A stretch of DNA of 64,000 bases, taken from contig CAZSOZ010000003.1 in NCBI GenBank assembly GCA_964608675.1, positions 32,001 through 96,000 on the forward strand, written 5' to 3'. How positions within the stretch are numbered: position 1 is the first letter of the stretch; the number at the start of each line of letters is the position of its first letter. Both the position numbers and the translations under genes were made by a program. Of the stretch, positions 18,440 through 28,731 are shown in pieces. Source of the stretch: an uncultured archaeon. GTDB taxonomy: Archaea > Iainarchaeota > Iainarchaeia > Iainarchaeales > 1-14-0-10-31-34. The notes beneath the pieces were generated by a model. It was not told the DNA's origin. It did no database searches and saw only the letters and a list, made by a program, of their open reading frames with translations.

Positions 18440-21400
18440 TTAATTTTCTCTGTATGCAAATCTTCCGCCTTCTTCTTCACTGTTTAAGGGATTAACTGTT
18501 TTTTTTGGTTTTTCGTTTTCTCTTAAAGTTCTTTTTTTCCTGAAGAAATTTTGGTTGTATGCTGATGCAAGTCCTGCTGGTTCATCTTCTTTTTTTGAAT
18601 CAAAATTTATTCTGTTTGATTTAACAAACATAATCACTGCAAGTAATGCAATAATTATTATTGCCCCTAAACCTATTGGCAGAAGTCCTTCCAATAAAAG
18701 AAATCCTGTTGCAGGAATAAAGTTTTCGTTTTCTATTTTTGTTTTTTGGTCTAATATTATTGGATTTCCTTCAAAGTTTATTTGGCTTTCAAGTATTTGA
18801 TCTGCTTTTTCTTTGGTTAATTTTTCGTTTAAAGAGTAAACAATTTCTTTGGTTTCTCCTGCTTCAAGTTCGGTTTCCCATTTTATTACTGGATCAGATT
18901 CTATTATTGTGAACTTGTAATTGCTTAAAATCATTTCTGCTGATTCAATTATTTCTTTTGGAATAACTTCTATTATTTGTATTTTTCTTGTTTTGTCCGC
19001 AGTGTTTTCAAATTTTAAAATAAAATTTTGCTGGTAGTATGTTTCTCCGTCATGAATTATTTCAATTAACTGCATTTCTCTGATTGGATTGACTTGTTCT
19101 TTTAATTTTTGGTTTTCGTTTTCCAGGTTTGCGCTTAAATTTATTTCAGTGCTGGAATTCATTGTTTCAATACTGTATTCTTTTATTTCGGTTTGAATGA
19201 ATTCATCAAACTTTTGTTTTGCTTTTTCTGCATCTTTAATGCATTCATTTAATTGGTTTTCTTGGATTTCTTGTTCTGCTTTTTTTAACAGGTTGTTTCC
19301 TTCAATTATTTTTTCGTCTGAAGAAAAATTTAAATTAAATTTTTTCCAGTAATTCATTAAATCTATTGCTTCGTTTTTGCTTTGTTTTGCTTTTTCTATT
19401 GTTTTTTCTGCAAGACTCAAATTTTGGTCTTTGTTTTGATCTGAATTTATTCTTAATGCTGTTAAATCTCTTTCAAGTTTTATTTTAATTGTTTTTGAAT
19501 TAATGTTTCCTGGTTTATCTCTTGCTAAAACTTTTAAATCGTATTCTCCGTTTTCGAGTCTGCTTGTATTCCATATTACTGTTTTGGTTCCGTTCAAAAT
19601 GTTTTGCTGAAAGCTGTCAATTGAATTAAATGATGTTTCAGAACTTTTTTTGTAAGTAAAGCTTACGAAAGCCAGAGTTGAAGTGTCTGAGATATATGCT
19701 TTTAGTGTTATGTTCATGTCTTTTAATGTTTCTCCTTCTTTTGGTTCTCTCCATGAAACTGAAGGCGCAATTGAATCCCCTGAATAATTATTGTTGTTGT
19801 TTTCTGAATCAGAGGGAATTGTTATTTGTCTTTCGTTGCTTAAACTTAAATCTGATTCCTGATCTAAATTGTCTGTTGCTGTAATTTTATAGTAGTATGT
19901 TGTTCCCTGGCTTCTTCCTGTGTCAGTATAATTTGTATTTGTTTTTCCGTCAATTGATGCAATTGAAGAATAGCTTTCGGAGTTTGTTTTTCTGTAAATT
20001 TTGTATCCTTTTATTCCTGAATTGGATGAAGAAGGATTGTCTGTTGATTCTGTCCAGCTTAAGTTTACTTCTCCGTTTGAGTTTGCTCCAGGAGAATTCA
20101 ATGAAGGAGCATTTGGAGCACTTTTATCTATTTTTATTGTTGCAGTGTTATGTGTTCCTTCATTTTCATGGGTGTCTGTTGCCCAGAATTCCAGTGAATT
20201 TTCTCCTTCTGATGAAACATCAAATGATTGAGGGTTTGTTGTTGTTTCGTATTCTGTTCCGTTTATTTTGTAGTATAATTTTTCAAAATCTAATGCAGTG
20301 CAGGTTAAAGTTATTGTTTGTGTTTGTTTGTGCCAGTTTGAATTTGCTCCCTGTATGCTGACAGCAGGTCCGGTTGTATCTATTGCTCTTGCGTTTGCAT
20401 CATTGGATGAATTTGAATCGTTTCCTGCATTATCAACTGCTTTCACATAATAAATATAGGTTGTATTGTGGTCTGTGTTTGTATCTGCATAAGAGTTTGT
20501 TGTTGAAGCCGCGTATTCTGTTGAATTCCTGTAAATTTTGTATTCTTTTATTCCTGATCCATTAATGTCAGTTGAAGCAGTCCAGTTTAAGTTAATTGTT
20601 AATCCGTTTGCTGTTGCATTTAAGTCTGCTGGAGTACTTGGATTAATTGAATCAATTTTAATTGAATAAGTTGTTGAGTTTTCATTTAAATCTGTGTTGT
20701 CTGTTGAATAAACTTCAATTGAATGAATTCCTTCTTCGCTTACATTCAGAGTGTTTCCTGTCATGCAGTTCCATCCTGTTTGATTTAAATTGTAGAATGT
20801 TTTATTGCACCCTGAACCTGAATCAGTGCATTCAAATAATATAGTTAATGGATTTAAGTTAGTCCATTCTTCGTCAGTGAATCCTGAAATAGTTGTTTTT
20901 GGAGGGGTTTCATCTAAAGGACTTGCGTTTGCTTGGTTTGATTCATTTGATAAATTGCCTGCATTATCAATTGCTTTAATTTTGTAGTAATAAGTTGTTC
21001 CGAATGAAATATTTGAATCTGTATAATTTGTTTCTGTTGTACTTGCAATTAAATTTCCTTCCCCTGCAATGAAGCCGTCTGTAATGCTTCTGTAAACATT
21101 GTATTCTTGTAAGTCATCTGAATTTGATGCATTCCAAATTAAATTTATTTGCATGTCTCCTGCTGTTGCATTTAAGTCTGCTGGATCCATAGGAGCATTT
21201 TTGTCTACTAAAAATTCTTCTGAGTATTTTGATGAATTCTGGTTTCCATCTGTGGTTTCAATAAAAATGTAATAGCTTCCATCTCTTATTCCTGTGGTAT
21301 TCCATGTATATGTGTTTGTTCCGTTTACTGTTGAGTGAACGGAAATTATTTCTGTTTTTTCTGTTGAATTAGTATCTTCATCATAATATATTGCTGAAGT

Positions 21401-21565
21401 CAGTGAATTATTTTCGTCGTATGAAACACTAAAAATAATATCAAAATCAGTTGTTAAAGAATTTATTTTTGTAGAAGCGTTTGGAGCTGAAATTTCTTCA
21501 ACTGTTAAAGCTGAAGCAGTTGAAACTAAAAAAACTGCAAGTAAAATAAAAAATTTTGAATTCAA
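18440..21565 (-). CDS. Surface glycoprotein with fibronectin type III / Ig-like repeats and C-terminal TM anchor
   Basis: TTG start after a GGGGG SD. Signal peptide, three FnIII-type units (Y.D....GTTYYYKI.A.D) and many N-x-S/T sequons. A 25-nt exact repeat occurs at 20609-20633 and 21161-21185. Confidence 0.88.
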   Translation of the reverse strand: MNSKFFILLAVFLVSTASALTVEEISAPNASTKINSLTTDFDIIFSVSYDENNSLTSAIYYDEDTNSTEKTEIISVHSTVNGTNTYTWNTTGIRDGSYYIFIETTDGNQNSSKYSEEFLVDKNAPMDPADLNATAGDMQINLIWNASNSDDLQEYNVYRSITDGFIAGEGNLIASTTETNYTDSNISFGTTYYYKIKAIDNAGNLSNESNQANASPLDETPPKTTISGFTDEEWTNLNPLTILFECTDSGSGCNKTFYNLNQTGWNCMTGNTLNVSEEGIHSIEVYSTDNTDLNENSTTYSIKIDSINPSTPADLNATANGLTINLNWTASTDINGSGIKEYKIYRNSTEYAASTTNSYADTNTDHNTTYIYYVKAVDNAGNDSNSSNDANARAIDTTGPAVSIQGANSNWHKQTQTITLTCTALDFEKLYYKINGTEYETTTNPQSFDVSSEGENSLEFWATDTHENEGTHNTATIKIDKSAPNAPSLNSPGANSNGEVNLSWTESTDNPSSSNSGIKGYKIYRKTNSESYSSIASIDGKTNTNYTDTGRSQGTTYYYKITATDNLDQESDLSLSNERQITIPSDSENNNNNYSGDSIAPSVSWREPKEGETLKDMNITLKAYISDTSTLAFVSFTYKKSSETSFNSIDSFQQNILNGTKTVIWNTSRLENGEYDLKVLARDKPGNINSKTIKIKLERDLTALRINSDQNKDQNLSLAEKTIEKAKQSKNEAIDLMNYWKKFNLNFSSDEKIIEGNNLLKKAEQEIQENQLNECIKDAEKAKQKFDEFIQTEIKEYSIETMNSSTEINLSANLENENQKLKEQVNPIREMQLIEIIHDGETYYQQNFILKFENTADKTRKIQIIEVIPKEIIESAEMILSNYKFTIIESDPVIKWETELEAGETKEIVYSLNEKLTKEKADQILESQINFEGNPIILDQKTKIENENFIPATGFLLLEGLLPIGLGAIIIIALLAVIMFVKSNRINFDSKKEDEPAGLASAYNQNFFRKKRTLRENEKPKKTVNPLNSEEEGGRFAYREN

Positions 21566-21656
21566 TTTATCCCCCCGGAACAAAAATTTTTGTTTTAAGT
21601 AAAGAATTAGTAGAATATTCTGATTGAAAATGTTTTTTAATGCTTTTATTTTTTTG

Positions 21657-22559
21657 TCAGCATTTCTTTTCTTTTGATTTTTTGTTTTTCCTGAAATTAT
21701 GCATTATCCAAATTAAGGCAATTCCCAGAAAAAAGACTGTTAAAAGAATTAAGGTTGTCTGCAAATTCCATTCTGGTGTTTGTTCTGCAATTCTTTTGAA
21801 TGGAACTAAAAGGCTTCCTATAACCAATCCCAGCAAAACATATAATGTTTTACATCTGTTTTTTTGAAACAAAAAATTTATTGCTCTTGAAATAAAGAAC
21901 ATTCCAATTAATGCTCCTGAAGCTGAAACCAAAAAATAATCTATTTTTTTTGGCAAATCAGAAAAAATATCTATCATGAATTCCCATAAACCCATTATCA
22001 GCAGAATAAATGAACCTGAAATTCCCGGCAGAAACATTGCACTTACTGCAAAAAAACCTCCTAAAAAAACATATAAATAGGAAGGAGCAGCATTAACCGG
22101 AACAAGAAATGCAAGTGATGCGCCTAATAAAAATCCTATTCCTCCAAATAAAATGTTTTGTTTTGAATGACTTTTAATGTCATCAAAAATTATTTTTGAT
22201 GAAGCAATAATTAATCCAGCAAAAAAAGAAACAGTTAAAGTAAAATAATTTTTTACTAAAAATTTGATTCCTTTTGAACCTAAAAATATTGCTGTTGCAA
22301 TTCCTAATCCTAAAGCCAACAAAAAAAATACATCGAGTTCTTTTAGGTTTTTTTTGAGTTCTTTTTTTGTTTCAGGGTTTTTGTTTGTAATGTATTTGAC
22401 TGCATTAAAAAAAAGTTTTGGAGAAATATTTGAAATGGATTTAATCATTTTATCGTAGATTCCTGTAATGAATGCAATTGTGCCTCCTGAAATCCCTGGA
22501 ATTAAATCACATATTCCCATTAAAAGTCCTTTAAAATATAATTTTATTTTTTCGTTCAT
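21657..22559 (-). CDS. DUF368 family membrane protein
   Basis: GICDLIPGISGGTIAFITGIY and AMFLPGISGSFILL repeats. Confidence 0.93.
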   Translation of the reverse strand: MNEKIKLYFKGLLMGICDLIPGISGGTIAFITGIYDKMIKSISNISPKLFFNAVKYITNKNPETKKELKKNLKELDVFFLLALGLGIATAIFLGSKGIKFLVKNYFTLTVSFFAGLIIASSKIIFDDIKSHSKQNILFGGIGFLLGASLAFLVPVNAAPSYLYVFLGGFFAVSAMFLPGISGSFILLIMGLWEFMIDIFSDLPKKIDYFLVSASGALIGMFFISRAINFLFQKNRCKTLYVLLGLVIGSLLVPFKRIAEQTPEWNLQTTLILLTVFFLGIALIWIMHNFRKNKKSKEKKC

Positions 22560-24152
22560 TTAAATCAGTTTTCCTAACCCTAAAAGAGATAAAATTACTC
22601 CTGTGAATCCTTCGCCTGCAATTAATCCTGCTGCAATAAGCCTTCCTTTTTCTGTCAGCTTTTTTTTGTCTGCAATTAATCTTATTATTCCTCCGATAAA
22701 CAAAGGAAAACTTAATTCTATTGGTACATATACTCCTATTCCGAATGCTGCAATAATTATTGCTGACTCAAAAAAAGATATAATTAATGCAAGGATTCCT
22801 CCAATTAAAATTCCAAGCAGTAAATTTCCGCTTAAAGTGTCTGCTTTAATTATTTCGCTTAATGCTACTGCTTGAGGTGCAGGAAGTTCAGGCCCTCCAA
22901 AAGAATAAGTTTGATTTAATGCAAGCAGTATTATTCCGATTACCATTCCTCCTATTATTACTCCGATTAATTGTGCAATAAACTGGTTTTTTGGTTTTGT
23001 TCCTAAAATAAATCCTGTTTTTAAGTCCTGCAGAGTGTCTCCTGCTATTCCTGCTGAAATACAGACTACTGTAGCAATTATTACAAGGAAAACTGCGTTG
23101 AATCCAAAAACAATTTTTGCAGCAATCAATACAATCATTGCAAATAATTCCATTGGATCAACATTCATTTCTCCTGTTATTCTTCCTCCAATGTATGCCA
23201 TTACAAATGCTCCGAGAATTGCAATTACTGCCAGAATCAAATTCATTTCTGTTATGATTGTGATTGTTCCTGTTAACACAATTAAAATTAATCCAATTAA
23301 TTTTCTGTTTTCTTTGAATGCTTCCTTCCAGTCAGAAAAAATGTTTTTTAATGCAGGAATTCCTTTAAGCAGAAAATACATTATTGCTGTTCCAATCACT
23401 ATTCCTATTCCTAATGGTTTAGTTAACTGGATTCCTGCAGTAATTTTGTCTGAAAAAATTCCGTTTGCTATAACATAAGGCAGAATAAAAAAATATGAAG
23501 TCACTGCTCCTAAAAACCATATTCCTGTAAATTTTGGTCCAATCAAGTATCCTCCGGAAAAAGGAATTAATGAAATGCTTGAACCCAAAGAAAACAGTTT
23601 TGAAAAAGAAACTTTCAGTGAATCCAAATTAATAAAAGATGGAATTATTTTCAGGTAATCCCGCAAAAAAGAAAAAATTATTCCTAAACCAAACATTCCT
23701 GCAAGAACTTTTATTTTTTTTCCTTTTTGGTCTCCTGCTAAAATAATTGATGCTGCTGCTTTTCCGTCTGCATACTCTAATTGTTCTTTTTCTATCATTT
23801 GTTTTCTTAACGGAACAGAAAAAATTACTCCTGTTATTCCTCCAACCAAAGAAATTATTGTAATGTCAGTTAAAGAAATCTGCATTCCGATTATATACAA
23901 AGCCGGAACAGTAAAAATTATTCCTGCTGCAAGAAGACCTCCTGCAGAAGCAATTGTTTGCGCTACATTAACTTCGTTTTTGTTTGTGTTTCCAAGCAAA
24001 TTTAAAATTCCTAAAGCCATTATTGATGCAGTTGTAATAGGCCAGTAAACTCCTCCTATTTTGAGTCCGGCAAAAGCAGAATACATGGTAACAATTACTG
24101 CCAGAACGCTTCCGATTAACACTGCTCTTAAACTGAGTTCTTTCATTTGCAT
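22560..24152 (-). CDS. OPT-family oligopeptide transporter
   Basis: [30 protein letters not shown] and AAGLIAGEG motifs. Confidence 0.92.
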   Translation of the reverse strand: MQMKELSLRAVLIGSVLAVIVTMYSAFAGLKIGGVYWPITTASIMALGILNLLGNTNKNEVNVAQTIASAGGLLAAGIIFTVPALYIIGMQISLTDITIISLVGGITGVIFSVPLRKQMIEKEQLEYADGKAAASIILAGDQKGKKIKVLAGMFGLGIIFSFLRDYLKIIPSFINLDSLKVSFSKLFSLGSSISLIPFSGGYLIGPKFTGIWFLGAVTSYFFILPYVIANGIFSDKITAGIQLTKPLGIGIVIGTAIMYFLLKGIPALKNIFSDWKEAFKENRKLIGLILIVLTGTITIITEMNLILAVIAILGAFVMAYIGGRITGEMNVDPMELFAMIVLIAAKIVFGFNAVFLVIIATVVCISAGIAGDTLQDLKTGFILGTKPKNQFIAQLIGVIIGGMVIGIILLALNQTYSFGGPELPAPQAVALSEIIKADTLSGNLLLGILIGGILALIISFFESAIIIAAFGIGVYVPIELSFPLFIGGIIRLIADKKKLTEKGRLIAAGLIAGEGFTGVILSLLGLGKLI

Positions 24153-24214
24153 TAAATGTTCAACAATACCTTTTTTATTTTATTTCTTTCAGTTTTAATG
24201 CAGGAGGTTTATTT

Positions 24215-24766
24215 ATGCTTGAATGGATTGCATTAATTTTAGTTATAGTTCTTTTGGGTTTTCTTGTTTTAATTTACAACGGTTTAATTGTAAAAAGAAA
24301 CAGAGTGGATAATGCTTGGAGCCAGATTGATGTTCAATTAAAAAAGAGAGCAGATTTAGTTCCTAATTTGGTTGAAACAGTTAAAGGTTATGCAAGGCAC
24401 GAAAAACAGGTTTTTGAAAACGTTACAAAAGCAAGAACTCAGGTAATGAAAGCAGGAGACAACGTCCAAAAAAAAGCTGAAGCAGAAAACATGTTAACCG
24501 GAGCACTAAAATCTTTGTTTGCTGTAGCTGAAGCTTATCCTGACTTGAAGGCAAACGAAAACTTTAAGCTTTTGCAGGAACAACTTGATGGAATTGAATC
24601 CAAGATTGCTTATGCAAGGCAGTTTTACAATGATTCTGTTTTGGATTACAATAATTCAATTCAGGTTTTTCCAAACAATGTTTTGGCAGGAATGTTTGGC
24701 TTTAAAGAAAAAGAATTTTTTGAAGTGGAAGAATCAGCTAGAACTGCACCAAAAGTCAGTTTCTGA
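24215..24766 (+). CDS. lemA: LemA family protein
   Basis: [42 protein letters not shown]. Confidence 0.96.
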   Translation: MLEWIALILVIVLLGFLVLIYNGLIVKRNRVDNAWSQIDVQLKKRADLVPNLVETVKGYARHEKQVFENVTKARTQVMKAGDNVQKKAEAENMLTGALKSLFAVAEAYPDLKANENFKLLQEQLDGIESKIAYARQFYNDSVLDYNNSIQVFPNNVLAGMFGFKEKEFFEVEESARTAPKVSF

Positions 24767-24844
24767 CTTTCTTCTTTTTTCTTTTTTTTTTATTTTTTGT
24801 TGTCAAATTTAAATATATTTCTTTTCAGTATTATTTGTGGTTTA

Positions 24845-25738
24845 ATGATTTATGACAGAATTGCAGTAAACAAAAGAAACTCAATTTTATTGTTTGCATT
24901 TTTTTTTATTTTCATTTTATTTTTAGGATGGATTTTTGGAGAAATTTTTGGCTGGGGATTGTTTGGATTAATTTTTGCTTTTCTTTTGGCTTTATTTTTG
25001 ATTTTTATTTCTTATTATAAAAGTGATTCTTTGGTTTTGTCTGTTTCTAAAGCAAAACCGGTTAAAGAAAAAGAATGGCCTCATTTATATCATTCAGTTG
25101 AAGGCCTTGCAATTGCTGCAGGCATTCCCAAGCCAAAACTGTATATGATTGATGACACTGCAATTAATGCTTTTGCTACCGGTCGTGACCCTGAACACGC
25201 GGTGATTGTTGTAACTAAAGGAGCAGCAACAAGGCTGGATAGACTTGAATTAGAGGGAGTTATTGCTCATGAAATGTCTCACATAAAAAATTATGATATA
25301 AGGTTCATGATGCTTGTCACTGTAATGGTTGGAACTGCTGCTTTGTTAAGCAATATTATTTTGAGGAGTTTTTTGTGGGGAGGTCATTCCGGAAATAGGA
25401 GAGGTGGAGGAGGAGCTCAATTGGCATTAATTGCTTTAGGTTTAATTTTTGCTGTATTAACTCCTTTTATTGCTCAGGCAATTAAGTTTGCTATTTCAAG
25501 GAAAAGGGAATTTCTTGCAGATGCAGACGGAGCATTATTAACTCGTTATCCAAAAGGGCTGGCTGATGCTTTAAGGAAAATTAATGCTGATGCAGAACCA
25601 TTAGAGGTAGCGAATGAGGCAACAGAAAATTTGTATATTTCTAATCCCTTCAAGAAAAAACATAAATCTTGGTTTAAGGGAATGTTTAACACTCATCCTC
25701 CTTTAGAAGACAGAATAGCAGCTTTGGATAAAATGTGA
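24845..25738 (+). CDS. htpX: HtpX-like M48 zinc metalloprotease
   Basis: NAFATG, HEMSH, SRKREFLAD, THPP. ATG at 24845. Confidence 0.94.
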   Translation: MIYDRIAVNKRNSILLFAFFFIFILFLGWIFGEIFGWGLFGLIFAFLLALFLIFISYYKSDSLVLSVSKAKPVKEKEWPHLYHSVEGLAIAAGIPKPKLYMIDDTAINAFATGRDPEHAVIVVTKGAATRLDRLELEGVIAHEMSHIKNYDIRFMMLVTVMVGTAALLSNIILRSFLWGGHSGNRRGGGGAQLALIALGLIFAVLTPFIAQAIKFAISRKREFLADADGALLTRYPKGLADALRKINADAEPLEVANEATENLYISNPFKKKHKSWFKGMFNTHPPLEDRIAALDKM

Positions 25739-25774
25739 AGAATAAATACTTTTTCTTTTTATTAATTTGTTTGT

Positions 25775-26437
25775 ATGAATAAACCTTTTCTTTTTGGAGT
25801 TTCAACAGCCAACAGAGGTTTTTTACAGGATTTTTTTCGGGTTATTCACGAAAAAAATATTTCAGTTAAAGATAATATCGGAGTTGAATACACTCGTTAT
25901 CATTATGACAGCCTGCCAAGAACCCAACAGGATTTTTTTTGGAAAGGGGTTATTGATTCTCTTAAAAGAAAGGGGTTCAAGGAAATTGTTTTTCTTGACG
26001 ACCATAAAACAAGAATGCAAATTGATGCAGTTCATGAAAAAGGCCGTCCTTTAACTGAAAAAGAAGCAGAACTTGTTTTTGAAAGAGAAAAAATTTTTAA
26101 ACAAAGGTTTTCTGATTGCAGGGCAGGAATTTTAGGTGCAGCACATGCATTAAATTTAAAGCAGGACCTTAAAGCCAATGTTTATTTGGATTCTATTTCT
26201 TTTTTAATGCATTCAAAAAATTTGATTCCTCTTAATGCAATTGATTTGCTTGATAAAAGAAAAAGTCTTGCAAGATATTTTGTTGTGCAGGATATTTTGT
26301 CTGGAAAAATCAGGCTTCAAAAAGGTTTTGTTAAAGTGACTAAAATAAAAACAAAAAAGAAATCCACAAAAAAAAAATTTAAGAGAAGAAGAAAGCCGGC
26401 AAAAACTATTTTAAATCAGAGAAGAAAACCTAAATAA
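25775..26437 (+). CDS. Orphan protein with very basic C-terminal tail
   Basis: 220-aa ORF ending KKKSTKKKFKRRRKPAKTILNQRRKPK. Confidence 0.65.
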   Translation: MNKPFLFGVSTANRGFLQDFFRVIHEKNISVKDNIGVEYTRYHYDSLPRTQQDFFWKGVIDSLKRKGFKEIVFLDDHKTRMQIDAVHEKGRPLTEKEAELVFEREKIFKQRFSDCRAGILGAAHALNLKQDLKANVYLDSISFLMHSKNLIPLNAIDLLDKRKSLARYFVVQDILSGKIRLQKGFVKVTKIKTKKKSTKKKFKRRRKPAKTILNQRRKPK

Positions 26438-27206
26438 AAGCGTTTTTTAGTGCGTGCCTGCATTCACAGTCTTTTTGTGTGTCTATTATTGGAACAACTT
26501 TTTTGATTAATTGCTTTAATTTTTTACTGTTTTCTTTCATTATTTTGAGAACGCTTTCCACGTTTACAGGAGTTTTTTTCCATACATCATAATCGGTTAT
26601 TGTTGCAATTGAAGCATAACAAATTTCTGCTTCTCTTGCCAGAACTGTTTCTGGAACCAAAGTCATTCCAATTACATCTGCATTCCATTTTCTAAAAAGC
26701 ATGCTTTCTGCTTTGGTTGAAAACCTTGGGCCTTCAATTACAATGCAGGTTCCTTTTTCATGAAAACCAAATTTTAGTTCTTTTGCTGATTGAATCAATT
26801 TTTTTCTTAAATCAGAGCAGAATGGTTCTGCAACAGAAATATGACATACTTTGTTTTTGTCGTAAAAAGTCTGCTGTCTTTTTGTGGTTTTGTCTATGAA
26901 TTGGTCAACAAAAACAAATTCTCCTGGCTTAAATTTTTCTTTCAGGCTTCCTACTGCTGATGAAGCCAGAATTTTTTTTGCTCCAATTTCTTTTAGTGCT
27001 TTAATGTTTGCACGATAATTCACGTTTGTGGGGTTGATTGTATGTTTTGTTCCGTGCCTTGAAAGCAATGCAACTTTTTTTCCTGATATTTCTCCGATTT
27101 TAATTGTGCTTGAAGGTTCGCCGAATTCAGTTGAAATTTTTTTTTCTTCTTTTAATTTAAATAAATCAGGGTCTTCAAATCCTGTTCCACCTATTAATCC
27201 AATCAT
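26430..27206 (-). CDS. mtnP: 5'-methylthioadenosine phosphorylase
   Basis: IGGTG, SRHG, NYRANI, SAVGSL, EGPRFSTKAES, GMT..PE, TDYD. Confidence 0.95.
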   Translation of the reverse strand: MIGLIGGTGFEDPDLFKLKEEKKISTEFGEPSSTIKIGEISGKKVALLSRHGTKHTINPTNVNYRANIKALKEIGAKKILASSAVGSLKEKFKPGEFVFVDQFIDKTTKRQQTFYDKNKVCHISVAEPFCSDLRKKLIQSAKELKFGFHEKGTCIVIEGPRFSTKAESMLFRKWNADVIGMTLVPETVLAREAEICYASIATITDYDVWKKTPVNVESVLKIMKENSKKLKQLIKKVVPIIDTQKDCECRHALKNAFI

Positions 27207-27213
27207 TTTTTTT

Positions 27214-27735
27214 TCACTCTGAACTGTAATTAATTAAAGAAAAAACTTTGTAGGGCTTTAATTTTTTTCTTCCTTTCAAAAAACTTAATTCAATTAAAAA
27301 ACAAAATCCAATTATTTTTCCGCCGGCTTTTTCAATTAATTCTGCTGTTGCTTTTGCTGTGCCTCCTGTTGCCAGCAAATCATCTACAATTAAAACGTTC
27401 TCGTTTTTTTTTACTGCATCCAAATGCATTTCAAGTTTGTCTTTTCCATATTCTTTTTGATAGCTTGCTTTTTGTGTTTTAAAAGGAAGTTTTCCAGGTT
27501 TTCTTATTGGAATAAAAGATGCATTTAATTTGTATGCAATTATTGCTCCAAAAATGAATCCTCTTGCTTCTGTTCCTGCCACTACATTAATTTTTTTGTT
27601 TTTGAAGGGCTCCAGCATTCCTTGAACTGCTTTTTTTACTGCTTTTGGGTCTTGAAGCAATGTTGTTATGTCTTTGAATATTATTCCTTTTTTTGGAAAA
27701 TTTGGAATGCTTCTGATTTTTTCTTTTAAGTACAT
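27214..27735 (-). CDS. apt: Adenine phosphoribosyltransferase
   Basis: FPKKGIIFKDIT, EARGF, RKPGKLP, VDDLLATGGT. Confidence 0.96.
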   Translation of the reverse strand: MYLKEKIRSIPNFPKKGIIFKDITTLLQDPKAVKKAVQGMLEPFKNKKINVVAGTEARGFIFGAIIAYKLNASFIPIRKPGKLPFKTQKASYQKEYGKDKLEMHLDAVKKNENVLIVDDLLATGGTAKATAELIEKAGGKIIGFCFLIELSFLKGRKKLKPYKVFSLINYSSE

Positions 27736-27750
27736 TAACTCACTTTTTTT

Positions 27751-28713
27751 TTATTGTTTTATTTTTTTTCTCCAGTAATCAAGCAAATCCTGCATTGTTT
27801 TTTCAAAGGGAATTTCAGGTTTCCATCCTGTTTGTTTTCTGAATTTAGTTGAATCTCCTAATAAAATTTGCACGTCTGACGGCCTTAATCTTTTGGGGTC
27901 TTGTTTTACTTCAAATTCTATTTTGCTTATTTTTTGGAGTATGTCAACTATTATTTGTATTTTGTATGCTTTTCCTGAAGCAATATTGTATACTTCTCCG
28001 GGAATTCCTTTTTCTGTTGCAAGCCAGTATGCTTTAACCATGTCTCTTACGTCTGTGTAATCTCTTTTTGCTTCAAGGTTTCCTACTTTTAATACAGGTT
28101 CTTGTTCTCCTGTTTCCATTAATGCAACTTGTTTTGCAAAATTGCTTGTAACGTATTGTTCTCCTCTTCTGGGGCCTTCATGATTAAAGGCTCTTGTTCT
28201 GATGATTTTTAATCCATAGCTTTTATTGTACTGGTAGCCAAGCAAATCCATTGCCACTTTGCTTACCCCATAAGGACTTAATGGCCTTAATGGATTGTCT
28301 TCTGTTATTGGAACTTCGTTTTCTTTTACTAATCCGTATTCTTCGCTTGAGCCTGCAATTTGAATTCTTATCTCTTTGTTGTGTTTTTTTATTGCTTCAA
28401 AAATATTTAATGGCCCGAAAATGTTTGCGTTCATTGTTTCTATTGGAGATTTCCATGAACTTGGCACAAAAGCCTGTGCAGCTAAATGAAAAATGTATTC
28501 AGGGCTGATTTCTTCTATTGTTTTGTCTACTCCATATGAATCAGTTATGTCGCATTCTACTAAATTTATTTTTTTGTTTATTTCTTTGATGTTTGATAAG
28601 TCTTCGTTTTTTCTGTAGGTTCCGTATATTTCTCCTAATTTGTTTTCCAGAATATATTCGCTTAAATGGCTTCCTACAAAACCATTTATTCCTGTTATTA
28701 ATACTTTTTTCAT
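27751..28713 (-). CDS. GDP-mannose 4,6-dehydratase / GDP-4-keto-6-deoxymannose reductase family SDR
   Basis: GINGFVG, SSEEYG, SPYGVSK, FNHEGPRR, GNLEAKRD. Lacks the GQDG typical of Gmd, so it may be Rmd-like. Confidence 0.85.
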   Translation of the reverse strand: MKKVLITGINGFVGSHLSEYILENKLGEIYGTYRKNEDLSNIKEINKKINLVECDITDSYGVDKTIEEISPEYIFHLAAQAFVPSSWKSPIETMNANIFGPLNIFEAIKKHNKEIRIQIAGSSEEYGLVKENEVPITEDNPLRPLSPYGVSKVAMDLLGYQYNKSYGLKIIRTRAFNHEGPRRGEQYVTSNFAKQVALMETGEQEPVLKVGNLEAKRDYTDVRDMVKAYWLATEKGIPGEVYNIASGKAYKIQIIVDILQKISKIEFEVKQDPKRLRPSDVQILLGDSTKFRKQTGWKPEIPFEKTMQDLLDYWRKKIKQ

Positions 28714-28731
28714 TCAACCACCTTTAAAAAA

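Noticed and set aside
22719-22730. Partial GTACCAA motif match
   Set aside because: It lies inside the OPT coding sequence, lacks the TTTTG arm and has no adjacent promoter.
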